Position numbers and translations under genes: made by a program. A stretch of 63,964 nt of DNA, counting the filler, from Stramenopiles sp. TOSAG23-3 (lineage: Eukaryota), in the NCBI GenBank assembly GCA_900128585.1. It is 4 parts of 4 records of this genome, joined end to end, with 100 filler letters (N's around TTAATTAATTAA, not from the genome) between each part and the next. Parts side by side here need not be neighbours in the genome. Positions count along the whole stretch, not along the records: positions 1 to 29,746 come from LT642233.1; 3 more parts are not named here. One strand, 5' to 3'. Of the stretch, positions 17,960 to 28,819 are shown piece by piece. How positions within the stretch are numbered: the stretch's first letter is position 1; each line of letters begins with the position of its first letter. The notes below the pieces were generated by a model. The model saw only the letters and a list, made by a program, of their open reading frames with translations. It was not told where the DNA came from and made no database searches.

Positions 17960-20302
17960 ATGAAGAAAGGGAGCGACGCATGCTCGCATAGCAGCACGTT
18001 GAATTCCTTGCGCATGCACTCGCGGAAGTCGAAAGAACGAGTCCATCAACCGATTCGTGAAAAAGCCGATGTGCTAGCGATCAGCATGGTAATGGCCAAA
18101 CAGTACAATTTAGAAAATACAAAAATTAGAAAAAAAGTTTTGCCGAATATGCTAAAAGCCATCGGAATTTTTCGAAGCCTTTCCAAGGAAACATTGAAAA
18201 ACTTAGCTGAACACTTTGTGTCGAAGAGCTACCACAACCATGACAAAATCATTCAGCAGGGCACGGTTGGTACAAAGCTATTTATACTGCTCCATGGGAT
18301 CGTTGGAATACATGTCGAGGGCGTCGGTGTTGTCAACCAAGTGTACCCGTATGCAGCATTCGGTGAGAGAAGTTTATTGATGCACCAGAAGACTAGCGCG
18401 ACCTGCTTTGCGTTCGGCCCCTGCTTGGTTGCGCATATTACGAGGGAAATGTTTGACGAAGTTCTAGGCGGAATGGCAGCTGATCTAGAGTCTATGACGA
18501 GGTTGCGAAGTACCATCCAAGACTCTATGAAATCAAAAGATGCCAGAATGTCTGGTGTAGATGAACGGGTGATGATGCGGATAGGAATGTTCCAGATGAA
18601 GTTTAAAGCCAGGTTGGAGCTGAAGCGCCGGAAGAAGGCAGCATTGCGGAAGGAAACTTTGAAGAAATGGTCTAAAGTCGCTTGGTTAACCCGTTGCATC
18701 GCAATATCTCGATCTTGGTGTTTCCGAAAAGTCCGACCAGATACTATTGGAAAGGTGGCGACCTGTTCGTTCGTCAAACGTTTCCAAAAGAACGAGAAAC
18801 TCTACGTTCAAAAAGAGTGGGCCAAGTACTGCTACATCATTTTGCGAGGAACGGTAGAGCTTCGCGCCAAGCCGCAGCGCACCAGCGGAAAACACGCCGC
18901 GCCGTCCCGCCTGTTGGCCAGCCTGGGTCCCCGAATGATATTTGGCGACCTAGAGATTGTCCCAGACGGAGACGCGCCAGGATACCGCAGGCGCTGCTGC
19001 ATGGCGCGAACAGTAACCTCGTGCGATTTGCTTCTCATTCCGTACGAGGCCGTCCTTTGGGTCCACACTGTATTGGCCCACTACGAATCGTTGGCGCAGC
19101 GGGAGAGTCTGGACGACGGTGACGAGGACGAAGAAACGACTCGTAATGAGGAGCCGCGGGTACCGCGCTCAATATTGCGGGGAGGGCGGCCACTTCCAAA
19201 CAACCAAGAAATGGAATGCTTTGAATCGATCCTTCGATCCTCCGTGAGCATTATCGATTCTGGTGGAAGCAACTTGAAAAATAACCTAGGCTGCGATATA
19301 GGCGGGCCGTTGAAGTTGATGAGGAACCATGCTATTTTGGACAGTCTGCCATCGATTGAAGAAATACTGTGTTGCCTGTGCGTTCGCCCCAAAGTTTATC
19401 GGCCGCGAAGCACGGTGACGGTCGACCACCTCGTGTTCATCGTTTCGGGGACGTGTAATGTGCTGCTCAATGGAAAAGTGGTCTCCAAAGTAAGCGATGG
19501 GTCCGTATTTAGACGAGACCAAAAAGAGGATGTGGGTGTGGAACTTATCTCAGAGACAATTGTCGATATTCTGGAAATGGAAATGGCAAACTTAGACTTG
19601 CTCAACATGTTGGCGATAAAACAGCTGAACAATGCCATTTCGCTGCCGAAAGTGTGGCGAAAGGTGACGTCCCAGATGCCGACCATGGTCCCCGAAAAGT
19701 TCTCCATGAAAAGGCCACTTTCTCGTGACCCATGGATGCAATGCCAACGGGCAACCAATCCTGTACGCGCCCCCCCGACGTGGATTCCGCAGAGTCGGCC
19801 GAGGGCAAAATCCCAACAGTCTAGTAGACGGGCGGTGAATCCGAGAACGAAAAGGGTGTCCCAAAAAGAGGTGCAAAAGGTGATGAACGCGATGCAGCTG
19901 CCAAGCATGTTCCTAGTGCCAAATAAGAGTGCTGCTTCCGCAAATGCAGGTCCCAACCGTCCGCAAACGGTACCAGAGCCGCAATATGAGAAAGGCCCCG
20001 CTATCGCTGGGTTTGCTCCGGGGGGGGACAAAGCGGTAAGTCTCAGAAGACCCAGACGACCGAAAAGGCGGCAGTCGGCCGTCATGGATCTTCAGCAAAA
20101 ATTTCGTGCACTGCGACGGTCGGGCGCTCTTCGAACGAAAAACGTGGTAGAGGGCATGGCCATTTCTTCGTTGAACACACGAAAGCATGTTGTATTGAAA
20201 CTGCGCCCAGTCTCGATTGTCGTCCCCGCAAAACCGATTGCATACAAGTTTCCAAATCGAAAAAAGAAAATTAACCCAAGGGGAAACATGAAGATTTGGT
20301 AA
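17960..20302 (+). CDS. Cyclic nucleotide-binding domain protein (2-3 CNBDs, basic C-terminal tail)
   Basis: IIQQGTVGTKLFILLHGIV...AFGERSLL; YCYIILRGTVEL...IFGDLEIV; a third degenerate copy LVFIVSGTCNV. Confidence 0.8.
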   Translation: MKKGSDACSHSSTLNSLRMHSRKSKERVHQPIREKADVLAISMVMAKQYNLENTKIRKKVLPNMLKAIGIFRSLSKETLKNLAEHFVSKSYHNHDKIIQQGTVGTKLFILLHGIVGIHVEGVGVVNQVYPYAAFGERSLLMHQKTSATCFAFGPCLVAHITREMFDEVLGGMAADLESMTRLRSTIQDSMKSKDARMSGVDERVMMRIGMFQMKFKARLELKRRKKAALRKETLKKWSKVAWLTRCIAISRSWCFRKVRPDTIGKVATCSFVKRFQKNEKLYVQKEWAKYCYIILRGTVELRAKPQRTSGKHAAPSRLLASLGPRMIFGDLEIVPDGDAPGYRRRCCMARTVTSCDLLLIPYEAVLWVHTVLAHYESLAQRESLDDGDEDEETTRNEEPRVPRSILRGGRPLPNNQEMECFESILRSSVSIIDSGGSNLKNNLGCDIGGPLKLMRNHAILDSLPSIEEILCCLCVRPKVYRPRSTVTVDHLVFIVSGTCNVLLNGKVVSKVSDGSVFRRDQKEDVGVELISETIVDILEMEMANLDLLNMLAIKQLNNAISLPKVWRKVTSQMPTMVPEKFSMKRPLSRDPWMQCQRATNPVRAPPTWIPQSRPRAKSQQSSRRAVNPRTKRVSQKEVQKVMNAMQLPSMFLVPNKSAASANAGPNRPQTVPEPQYEKGPAIAGFAPGGDKAVSLRRPRRPKRRQSAVMDLQQKFRALRRSGALRTKNVVEGMAISSLNTRKHVVLKLRPVSIVVPAKPIAYKFPNRKKKINPRGNMKIW

Positions 20303-20897
20303 ATCTGCCACTTAAAAATATCATAGCCAAAAGATCAAAACTCCCTGAGTACATGAATGACTATTTTTCCTCTTACGGCGCGGAGGTTGTAGATTTGGAC
20401 ATTGAAGTTGACTATGATTCGGGTATAACAATAAACAACGTGAAAGTAATGGTCAACTTTGTCACCACTTATCAATGCAAACAACGAATACAATACAAAA
20501 ATTATAACGCTTGCTTCACAAGGAACGTATGGGATTGGGCCATGTTTGTTTTTATCGGCAACAACTGATGGCAGAACCCAGAGGAGGCAAACGTATTTGG
20601 AATGGCTATGGTATCAAAGAGAAGAAACCTGCAATTCCGAACATAACTATAATTTATCATTGACAACAATTAAAGTGTGTGTAATTAAATTTATGTACGA
20701 AACAACACAGGTGTGTGGTATTAAAATTGATTTTTAATCTATTTTTTTTATTGCGAAGTGCAAATTTTTGAAAATAAAGGGTGACGTGCCTGAGTAATAT
20801 TTCTTCTCTGGCCTCTGGCTCTCACAAAGATGACGTTTAGAACCCTTTTTTTAACACTAGTATTATGTTATAAGTATAAAGATTGTAGAGTAATTTT

Positions 20898-20948
20898 AAA
20901 GCAAATAGGAAGGAGACGTATTTAAAAGCAAATAGGAAGGAGACGTAT
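20898..20948. repeat. Tandem duplication (24-bp unit, 27-bp period)
   Basis: AAAGCAAATAGGAAGGAGACGTAT at 20898-20921 and 20925-20948. Confidence 0.9.
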
Positions 20949-21923
20949 AGTAAAATACAGTTGGCACGAACCAAACCGGTTTGTGTGGAATTGGTTCTAA
21001 GTTCTAATCTACGAGGTAGTCCTCATAATTATGTCGTTATCTTTTTTTACTGGGGATTAGTGGGAAAGCAATCAACCCATTTCCAACTCGCTTTCTTGCT
21101 TCATAAATTAAGGGTTTATTATTTCTATGATTCATATCATATTAATTATATATTAAATAATGAAGGAATATATAAATATTGTTTTCATGAATGTACATTT
21201 ATACTTACTTCTCAAAGAAGACATCATTCCTTCAAATTGTAGTATTTATCTGTTATATTCTTTCTTATTACGAAATAAACGAAAAGGGGTATTTTACATA
21301 ATCACAGCATTGACTCACTTGTTAGTTTACAGAGGAACGTTGAAACGCTAATTTACTGGACATTCATTTTTTTAAGTATATTAATATGTATTCTAATATG
21401 TCTATATAAATTATATATAATGCTATCTACCTGTTAAATATTCATTAAATGGAAGAATTAATAAAAGTAGGATAATTATTTTATATCCTGAGATCCAAGA
21501 AGCGAGAGAGATCATTTCTTTTTCCTTTCCTACCTATTATACCTATTATACCGGTATAAAAGTATAATAAACAAATAACAAATAAGACTATGTAGGAAGT
21601 AGTAGTAGTACGAGAACTTGAAAGAAGAATTGGAGAACAAAATATTTATAATATTACAACAGCAGCAACTAACAGCTGATTTAACCGAAGAATTTGTTTT
21701 GTTGTTATATGTGTTGTGTTGTACGAATGTAACGACTCTCTCTCTCCTCTTTTAACTTTTTGTTAATAAGATATATATGTAAAACTATATTGATTGAAGA
21801 AGAAGAAAAGAAATGTATTGTTGTTAAATGAAAGGAAGAAAAGAGGAGGAAAAACATCACCAGTACATAAAATAATTCAAAAGTAATCAGAACGCTCTTG
21901 AAAAGAAAAAACAGTTTGATAAG

Positions 21924-22871
21924 ATGGACGCCTACAAAGTAACCAAACGTTCCATTTTCAATCCTGAAACTGGTTCCTGCTTCGACCGCACCGCCAGTGT
22001 AAGCGATGCTATTCGCCCAGGTGGTCACGACCAACCAGTCAATGCAATCGACGTCTCTGCATTCAGTTTCTCGAAAACGACCAGGAGACGGGGTAACAAG
22101 GATTTCCAGAGGAAAGGCACTGGGCTTGCAGGCACCGCCGGTAGCTACCAGCGCAAAGTGTTGAAAGAACGGGCAGAAGAAGAAGCCGCACTTACCCAAG
22201 TATCCAAACCTAAACTGGTCCGTTACGCATTCCAGCCGCGCGCAAACCCGCCGAACAGTGAGTTCCGTCGTTTCTACGAACGCGGTGACCTTCCCATTTC
22301 AATTGATCACTCTGGGTCTCAACCAAAAATCCAATGGAAAGTTGATGCAGAGAAACTAGACTATCACCACTACCTACCTTTGTTCTTCGACGGTCTGAGA
22401 GAACAAGAACACCCATACGACTTTCTGTCGTTGGAAGGTACGTTGAATTTGCTCGAACGTGGGGGTAGTAAAATCTTGCCAGTTGTACCGCAGTTGATCA
22501 TTCCCATCAAAGTTGCGTTGAACACACGTATTCCAGGCGTAATGGTCCGTGTGTTGCGCGTGCTGAAGAAGCTAGTTCTTGCCGACGTCGTTGGCGCCGA
22601 AGGGAATCCCACATACATGCCCCCCGAGGCCCAAGGGTTGATCGGCCAGGCCTTGGTACCATACTACAGGCAAATTCTTCCCATCTTTAACTTGTTCAAA
22701 AATAAAACGACCAACATTGGAGATGCGATTGATTACCATCAGCAAAAGGATGAGGATCTTGGAACTTTAATTGATGAAACTTTGGAACTGTTCGAGATGT
22801 ACGGAGGCGAGGACGCATTTATCAACATCAAGTACTTGATCCCAACGTACCAATCCGTTATTGTCAACTAA
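21924..22871 (+). CDS. PACRG: Parkin co-regulated gene protein (axonemal inner junction)
   Basis: [59 protein letters not shown] and [18 protein letters not shown]. Confidence 0.96.
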   Translation: MDAYKVTKRSIFNPETGSCFDRTASVSDAIRPGGHDQPVNAIDVSAFSFSKTTRRRGNKDFQRKGTGLAGTAGSYQRKVLKERAEEEAALTQVSKPKLVRYAFQPRANPPNSEFRRFYERGDLPISIDHSGSQPKIQWKVDAEKLDYHHYLPLFFDGLREQEHPYDFLSLEGTLNLLERGGSKILPVVPQLIIPIKVALNTRIPGVMVRVLRVLKKLVLADVVGAEGNPTYMPPEAQGLIGQALVPYYRQILPIFNLFKNKTTNIGDAIDYHQQKDEDLGTLIDETLELFEMYGGEDAFINIKYLIPTYQSVIVN

Positions 22872-23691
22872 TGGACCGGGCAGAAGGTGAACAAAAACAA
22901 CGACGAGCGAATGATTCAAAAATAGATACCGAGTTTATTCTATCGTCGTCAACATGTAAAAAAATGAACGCTTGCAATGTAAAAAAGATAATGGTATGGA
23001 GAAGATGAAGAAGGAACTTCTTTCATTCTTGACCACCCACCCCCGTTAAATAGTAGCAAAACGTGTCAATTATTTTAGTCTTATTATTCTTATTTTATCC
23101 TTGGTGTATTTTATATACTACGGGTAGTACGGCACACGGTACGGTACGGAACCAAATAAATAAAACCGTTTAAATAACTACAAATAAATTGTATACACAA
23201 TATCATTATTTCCTATCTATATTTTTCTTCCCTCCTCCACCATTCACCAGTCATTCTTCTTCCAATTAAAAAATTATTATTTTTTATTAAAAATAAAAAT
23301 TAATCATCAACAGCACATCATCATGTACTCAGAACAACAAGAGAAGAAAGACAAAAAATATTTTATTTACTTCTACCAGTAGATAGTCCCCGTCCCGACC
23401 AACCCACCGCCCGCCGCAACAAGCCAAGCGAAGAAGGCCTAACCCAACTTCGTACTGTCGCCACCGTTACTTTAATAATTCCTCGCCGATTATGTCGTCT
23501 ATCGACCGTCCGTACTACGTATTCAAATTTGCTGCAGTGGACACATAGAGGGCAGAGTTTGCGTATCAAGGGAACCAGATACCAAGGCCTCGGTACTGTT
23601 CAAGTCCGTGCAACAAAAAGTTAGTGACGGTTATAACCTGTAAGTAGCGCGTTTCTCCTTTACCCCTACCTTATCCGTCTTTAAATGCGAA

Positions 23692-23779
23692 CCAGTTATG
23701 ATGATTGAAGTAAAACTCTAGAATTACACTGTACGGGCGTTGCCCTGGTCAACTAGTATAGCTTATCCGGCTGAACGGG
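23692..23779 (+). ncRNA. Candidate box C/D snoRNA guiding 18S rRNA 2'-O-methylation (SNORD45/U45-like target region)
   Basis: Box C ATGATGA at 23698-23704. Guide CTCTAGAATTAC at 23716-23727 is the reverse complement of the conserved 18S GTAATTCTAGAG, followed by 1 nt and a D'-like CTGT. Box D CTGA at 23771-23774. Imperfect terminal stem CCAGT/ACGGG. An alternative D box lies at 23805. Confidence 0.65.
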
Positions 23780-23886
23780 ACCATCTTGATGTAAATTTCC
23801 AAGGCTGAACTATTTATTCGCTAATACTCCTTTCACAGCGCCTAGCAAACTCTAACTAACCATAACACTTTGTCCAGGCAACCAAA

Positions 23887-24729
23887 ATGTCACTTCTGCA
23901 ATTGACCGGTCGTTCTTTTTCAAGAATAAGGCTCTCTGTGAAGGGGTCTTCTTTAAGGTTTAGGGGTGTCCCGGCGTTTCTGGGGAGACGGTCGGGTCGC
24001 ACGAAAGCGTTTAGTAGTTCGGCCGTTGTGTTCAGGCGGTCACTGCCTCAAAGCTGGGGGCTATCGTCCCTGAAGCCTTCCTCATCTAACCTAAGTGTTG
24101 AGAGGCGATGCTTTGCGGACGACGCTAGTCGTCAAGTAGATGAGGAAGAATATGACAGTGACGACGACGAATTTGAAGACGAAGAACTAGACGAACGTGA
24201 GTGGCACCTCGTCTATGAAGGTGCCATGAGCGGACCGCTGAAGCGGATCAAAATGGTCTCCATTACTACGTGCACGCTGTCTATGCTTACCATGCCTCTG
24301 TTGGCACTGTATGGGAACCAAGATGTTGCCCTTGCAGGTAGAGTGGCTGTTGCATTTACTGCCGGAATTTTTGGCATGGGCACGACTGCATTCGTGCATT
24401 TCATTGGGAAAACGTACGTTTCGGAGTTGTGGAAAAAACTAGAGTACGAGGAGGGTGAAGACATTGAAGATCTTGACCCTGATGAGATTACTACCCATTT
24501 AAGGGCAGAATCGTTTTCCCTGTTTGGAACGAAAAAAGTCGTTGAGTTTAACTTGGACGATGTCCAGCAAGGCGATTCTCGACCATTCTGTAGCTTTAAA
24601 GCCCATGGTAATAATTATTTTCTTCATCACGAGCCTGAAGCTTGGATTGATGGGGAAGAAGGTTTGATTGAAGAACTGTTTACCCGGCCAGTCGATTCTG
24701 TCGATGACAGTGGCGCTGGTGGGAAGTAA
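23887..24729 (+). CDS. Mitochondrial TMEM70-family (TMEM70/186/223) membrane protein
   Basis: R/S-rich presequence, LVYEGAMSGPLKRIKMVSITT, two TM helices ending HFIGKTYVSEL, and RPFCSF...YFLH. Confidence 0.75.
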   Translation: MSLLQLTGRSFSRIRLSVKGSSLRFRGVPAFLGRRSGRTKAFSSSAVVFRRSLPQSWGLSSLKPSSSNLSVERRCFADDASRQVDEEEYDSDDDEFEDEELDEREWHLVYEGAMSGPLKRIKMVSITTCTLSMLTMPLLALYGNQDVALAGRVAVAFTAGIFGMGTTAFVHFIGKTYVSELWKKLEYEEGEDIEDLDPDEITTHLRAESFSLFGTKKVVEFNLDDVQQGDSRPFCSFKAHGNNYFLHHEPEAWIDGEEGLIEELFTRPVDSVDDSGAGGK

Positions 24730-25100
24730 GTGTAGCTCGTCTGTAAATAAAATGTTGTAAAATCTTGGACCCAAGCCAATTATCATAAAAGTCCTATGGA
24801 AGGAGTAATAAATGAAAACAAAATAATGGCTGTTTATTTTTAGTAACATATCTTAAGTTGTTGCCGGTGGGATCTCAAACCAGAATTTTTTTAAAAAGTT
24901 TTAAATGATTTAGACGGCGCACCTCCACTTTTTTACAAACCTTCTTCTGGCCACCTTTTTTACAACGATGGGCTTTGACACTCACGGCTACAATAAAACA
25001 CTTTTTTGCACCGTGCGCATCTTTTAAATTTCTGTCCATTGGCTGTGAAGTTTTTTCTCTTCTTTCTGAGAATTGGCACAAAAAACTATTTTATTAAGCT

Positions 25101-25655
25101 TTACGATCTCCGCTTCTTGAGTGTACCGTTCAACCACTCCAACCCCTCGTACAACCCGTCGCCGCTTAGCCCAGAGCACCCCTGTACAAACCAAGGGTTT
25201 GAGCTGTGATGTTTCAGATTCAAGCCGTTCATGATCTCAGTCGTTGACATGGCGCGCGGCAAATCTTGTTTGTTAGCATACACAAGAATTGCAGCATCTT
25301 TGAGCTGATGCTCCCCTACGATTTTATTCAATTCTTCCCGGGCTAATGAGACACGTTCCAAATCGTTGGAGTCTACGCAAAAAATTATCGCGTCTACACC
25401 ACTGTAATAGTGATGCCAAAGCCCGCGAAGGATGTCTTGGCCTCCAATGTCCCAGCACGTCATGGTAAGATTTTTGTACTTGAACTTTTCGACGTTAAAT
25501 CCAATTGTTGGGGTAGTTGTGATAACTTCTCCCAGCTTCATTTTATACAAGATCGTAGTCTTTCCTGCAGCGTCAAGGCCAACCATTACAATTTTGGCTT
25601 CTCTCTCGGACAAGGCAGCGATGGACTCGTATATTTTTGAAAGTAGGATACCCAT
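25101..25655 (-). CDS. ADP-ribosylation factor family small GTPase (ARF1-like, divergent)
   Basis: MG start, [31 protein letters not shown] and GLYEGLEWL. Confidence 0.95.
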   Translation of the reverse strand: MGILLSKIYESIAALSEREAKIVMVGLDAAGKTTILYKMKLGEVITTTPTIGFNVEKFKYKNLTMTCWDIGGQDILRGLWHHYYSGVDAIIFCVDSNDLERVSLAREELNKIVGEHQLKDAAILVYANKQDLPRAMSTTEIMNGLNLKHHSSNPWFVQGCSGLSGDGLYEGLEWLNGTLKKRRS

Positions 25656-26287
25656 TTCGAAGCTTTTTTGAACGAAAGTGATTTTCTTAACGAAGATTTT
25701 GCGTAAACTGTTGCAGTCGCTTGGTTGTATACTTTATTTTCTGTTGACAATTTTATGTGTGTCGTGTTATTTATTTTTTGTTTGTTTTATATTTGGAGAA
25801 CATTTCTTTTTTATACTTACACATATATTGGTGGGTAAACTTTCTTCAAGGTTGAAAAGGACCAGTGTCTGTTGTTGTGTTGTTGTTTTGTTGGGTATAA
25901 TACTACTACTGCGAGAAGAAGAGGAGGAGGTGAAAAAAAAAAAGTGGTGGTGAATGCTGTGCCAGGTACAGGAACGTTCCTTCTTCTTTCTCTTCTGGGG
26001 AATCTTTTTACGGCTTGCTGCTGCTGTTGTCCTATTAATATTTTCTGTTTGATGGCGACGACGGATGATTGAAGTGCGTGCGTGATGGTTTTGTCACTGC
26101 TGTGTTTATGTATTAAATATTTTTTTTCCATTCAAATAAAATAACCTCTCTCTCTAAAAAAACAAATTATATAACAGTATGCTTTAAGACTCTCATTTTA
26201 TATCAACCTCTCTCTAAATATTTTTAAAAAATATATCAATGCCTTTATCCCACCAACGTTATCATTATATTCTCGACTACTTTCCAT

Positions 26288-27748
26288 TTACATATTTCTT
26301 AGAGATATTTTTCCGCTGTTTAGGCCCTCTAATAGTACATCAGACCCACCGATATATTCGCTCTTCATCCATATACTTGGAACGGTTTTACTCCCTGTTT
26401 TCTGGTACAAACGTTTCAGGATGTTTTCCCCATCCTTACGGGTATCCAATTCCACTATCTGCACTTTGACGAATCCGTTCTCAATCAATGCACGTTTTGC
26501 TTTCTTGCAAAACCCGCAATAAGTTTTGCTGAACATAACTATTTTGTGCTCTTTGACAAACGAATCAATATCAATTTCTTCACTCCCAGGTTCTTTTTTA
26601 GGCTCGTCCTTTTGTTTCTTTCGAGCAGCAGTATCCTCAGGGACTTCAGCTTTACTGCCTTCATCCAAGGGCACGAGGCTCAGGGCTCTCAAAATCCTCT
26701 CAAACTTTTCAAAGTTATCTACAAAGCCATCATTTGCATTGGCCTTCTTGGAATGAATAAGGTTTAAAAGGCCGGAATTTCGATTCTTTACGAACACATC
26801 AAAGTTTCCTGTCGTCTTCACTTCTTGCAAAAGTCCAACTCTTACACCCACCTTTCCCTTCAAAAGGTTTCCCAAATGCTCCGCCCTAGCTCCGTACCCG
26901 CACGAGCCACAATACACTACCAGCACGTCGTTTTCTTTTTCCATTTTTTTGCGATTTGCAGCAAACTTTGCCTCGGACGCTTTCTGCTTTGCTAGCAAAA
27001 GTTCCGCCCGTTGCTCCGTCCAGTACTCTTGTCCGTTCTTCGCCCTTATACTTCCATCGTAAATACGCCAAAACGCCTGCGGCAATCGTGGCTGATGGAA
27101 CTCTCTGTGGAAGGGCGCAGGGAGAGACCAACTTGAATACACAGGGAGCTGCAATCCTGTAGGCTCTGCGCTGCAATACTGCCTTGCCTTCGGTTTTGCC
27201 AAATACTGCTGGTGGTACAGCTCCGCGTAATAAAAAGTCTTTTGCACCGCTATTTCTGTCGTAATTTCACCCATGCCGCCAGCTTTCAGTATTGCCCCAT
27301 ATGCCTGTTTGCTGGCTTTTGCAAGCACCATGTGTTCTGGGTCTTCGGTGTATATTGCACTTCGGTACTGAGACCCAACGTCACCGCCCTGTCTCATTCC
27401 CTGGGTGGGATCGTGGCACTCCCAAAATCGTTTCAATAAATCAGAGACAGACACTAAATTTGGGTCGAATACGACCTGGGTGACTTCCGTGTGGTTCGTT
27501 AGGCCGCTACAAACTTGCTTATAAGTTGGAACGTCCGTATCTCCCCCACAGTACCCAACAGCAGTGCTAAAAACACCAGGCAAACGCCAAAAACCTTTTT
27601 CAGTTCCCCAAAAGCATCCTGCACCAAACCATATTTTTTTAAGGTTGTCCGGAAACGGTTCTCTAAAGTTATTGTTTTTCAGAACGTAGTGTTTCTTTCC
27701 TTTCGCAGCTTGGTCAAGAAAACTGGTAGCCGAACCCATAGAGGACAT
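26288..27748 (-). CDS. msrA: Methionine-S-sulfoxide reductase MsrA fused to an Rdx (SelW/SelT/SelH-like) domain and a glutaredoxin
   Basis: MsrA: FGAGCFWGTE, HDPTQGMRQGGDVGSQYRSAIY, FYYAELYHQQYLAK. Rdx-like: VVYCGSCGYG...TTGNFDVFV...LIHSKK...GFVD. Grx: FSKTYCGFCKKAK...TGSKTVPSIW...IGGSD. Confidence 0.92.
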   Translation of the reverse strand: MSSMGSATSFLDQAAKGKKHYVLKNNNFREPFPDNLKKIWFGAGCFWGTEKGFWRLPGVFSTAVGYCGGDTDVPTYKQVCSGLTNHTEVTQVVFDPNLVSVSDLLKRFWECHDPTQGMRQGGDVGSQYRSAIYTEDPEHMVLAKASKQAYGAILKAGGMGEITTEIAVQKTFYYAELYHQQYLAKPKARQYCSAEPTGLQLPVYSSWSLPAPFHREFHQPRLPQAFWRIYDGSIRAKNGQEYWTEQRAELLLAKQKASEAKFAANRKKMEKENDVLVVYCGSCGYGARAEHLGNLLKGKVGVRVGLLQEVKTTGNFDVFVKNRNSGLLNLIHSKKANANDGFVDNFEKFERILRALSLVPLDEGSKAEVPEDTAARKKQKDEPKKEPGSEEIDIDSFVKEHKIVMFSKTYCGFCKKAKRALIENGFVKVQIVELDTRKDGENILKRLYQKTGSKTVPSIWMKSEYIGGSDVLLEGLNSGKISLRNM

Positions 27749-28135
27749 TTAAAAATTCCCCTGCAAACAAACAGCTTCTTGCTTTTCAAAAGTCTTCAAT
27801 ACAGTTCCACAACAGTTCCGCCTCCTCTTCCTATCTCCACGCATTTTTTTCCTTCCATTTCACCGTTTAAAACAAATGAGATTCAAAACGTTATTATTTA
27901 GAATTACCGTTTGATTCGAGATGGTTTTTGTTTTTTTTTTGGAGGAGAGGAGGAGGAGGAGGAGGGAGGGGTCCTATGGTGTTTCGTTGTTAGCTCGATG
28001 ATCTCAGTAGAAGAAGAAGGAAGAAGAAGAAGAAGAAGAAAGCTCAAAGTTTTCATTTCTTCGTATCGGTATTATTATACAGCTACTAAACTTTAAAAAT
28101 CCTTAATTTTTGAAGCCACTGCGTTTGGATATTTG

Positions 28136-28819
28136 TTAATCGTAAATTGGTTCCTTTCTTAACGTAAAAATCGAAATGAAAATGAGCACGACGCATGCCA
28201 TTAAGCAGAAGCTAAGGAACACTTTGAACCCTTTCACAGCTTTTTTCAAATTATTTGCTTCTTTTTTCTCGGACGCATTGCCTTCTTTTCCTGGGGAGCA
28301 GCACGTGATCACTAGGGCTTGAAAGTACACAATACTCACGGCGACAATAAACACCAGCTGGACCCACGACTGAGGGTTGGAGCCTTCAAGATCCACCCTC
28401 GCCCTAAGGCGAGCGAAGACTATCAAGATTGCCAACATTGGTATTTCTTGCATAACACCGTCCAGCATTTCTATAGTATATTTTATCTTTGACATTAATT
28501 TGTTCTTTGAATGCTCGTGGTCATCGTTGCCACCAATGCCGTTCAGAGGCTGCGATTCTTGCTCATAACGGTACTGTTGCAGCTCGCTCATCTGCTTCGC
28601 GAACGAAATACAATAGTAAAGCACAGTGAGCATGCACACAGCTTGCATTGCCGGGGATATTGGGGGAGCCTTGTAAAAATCAAGTTGATAAAGAACTGCG
28701 TTCTTTTTCAAATTTATCGGGTTAGGGTCTACTTTTGGGTCCGCCCTGGCTTCGGCGACACTGCCAAGGCACCCAAGGGCAACCAAAACCATGAAAGAAA
28801 AAACAATCTGGCGGGACAT
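28136..28819 (-). CDS. Uncharacterised membrane protein (signal peptide + about 4 TM)
   Basis: 227-aa ORF with a signal peptide and hydrophobic segments; contains ISPAMQAVCMLTVLYY and PMLAILIVFARLRA...PQSWVQ. Confidence 0.7.
   Translation of the reverse strand: MSRQIVFSFMVLVALGCLGSVAEARADPKVDPNPINLKKNAVLYQLDFYKAPPISPAMQAVCMLTVLYYCISFAKQMSELQQYRYEQESQPLNGIGGNDDHEHSKNKLMSKIKYTIEMLDGVMQEIPMLAILIVFARLRARVDLEGSNPQSWVQLVFIVAVSIVYFQALVITCCSPGKEGNASEKKEANNLKKAVKGFKVFLSFCLMACVVLIFISIFTLRKEPIYD

Noticed and set aside
26288-27748. Selenocysteine recoding in the MsrA/Rdx domains
   Set aside because: Both sites use Cys codons and there is no in-frame TGA.
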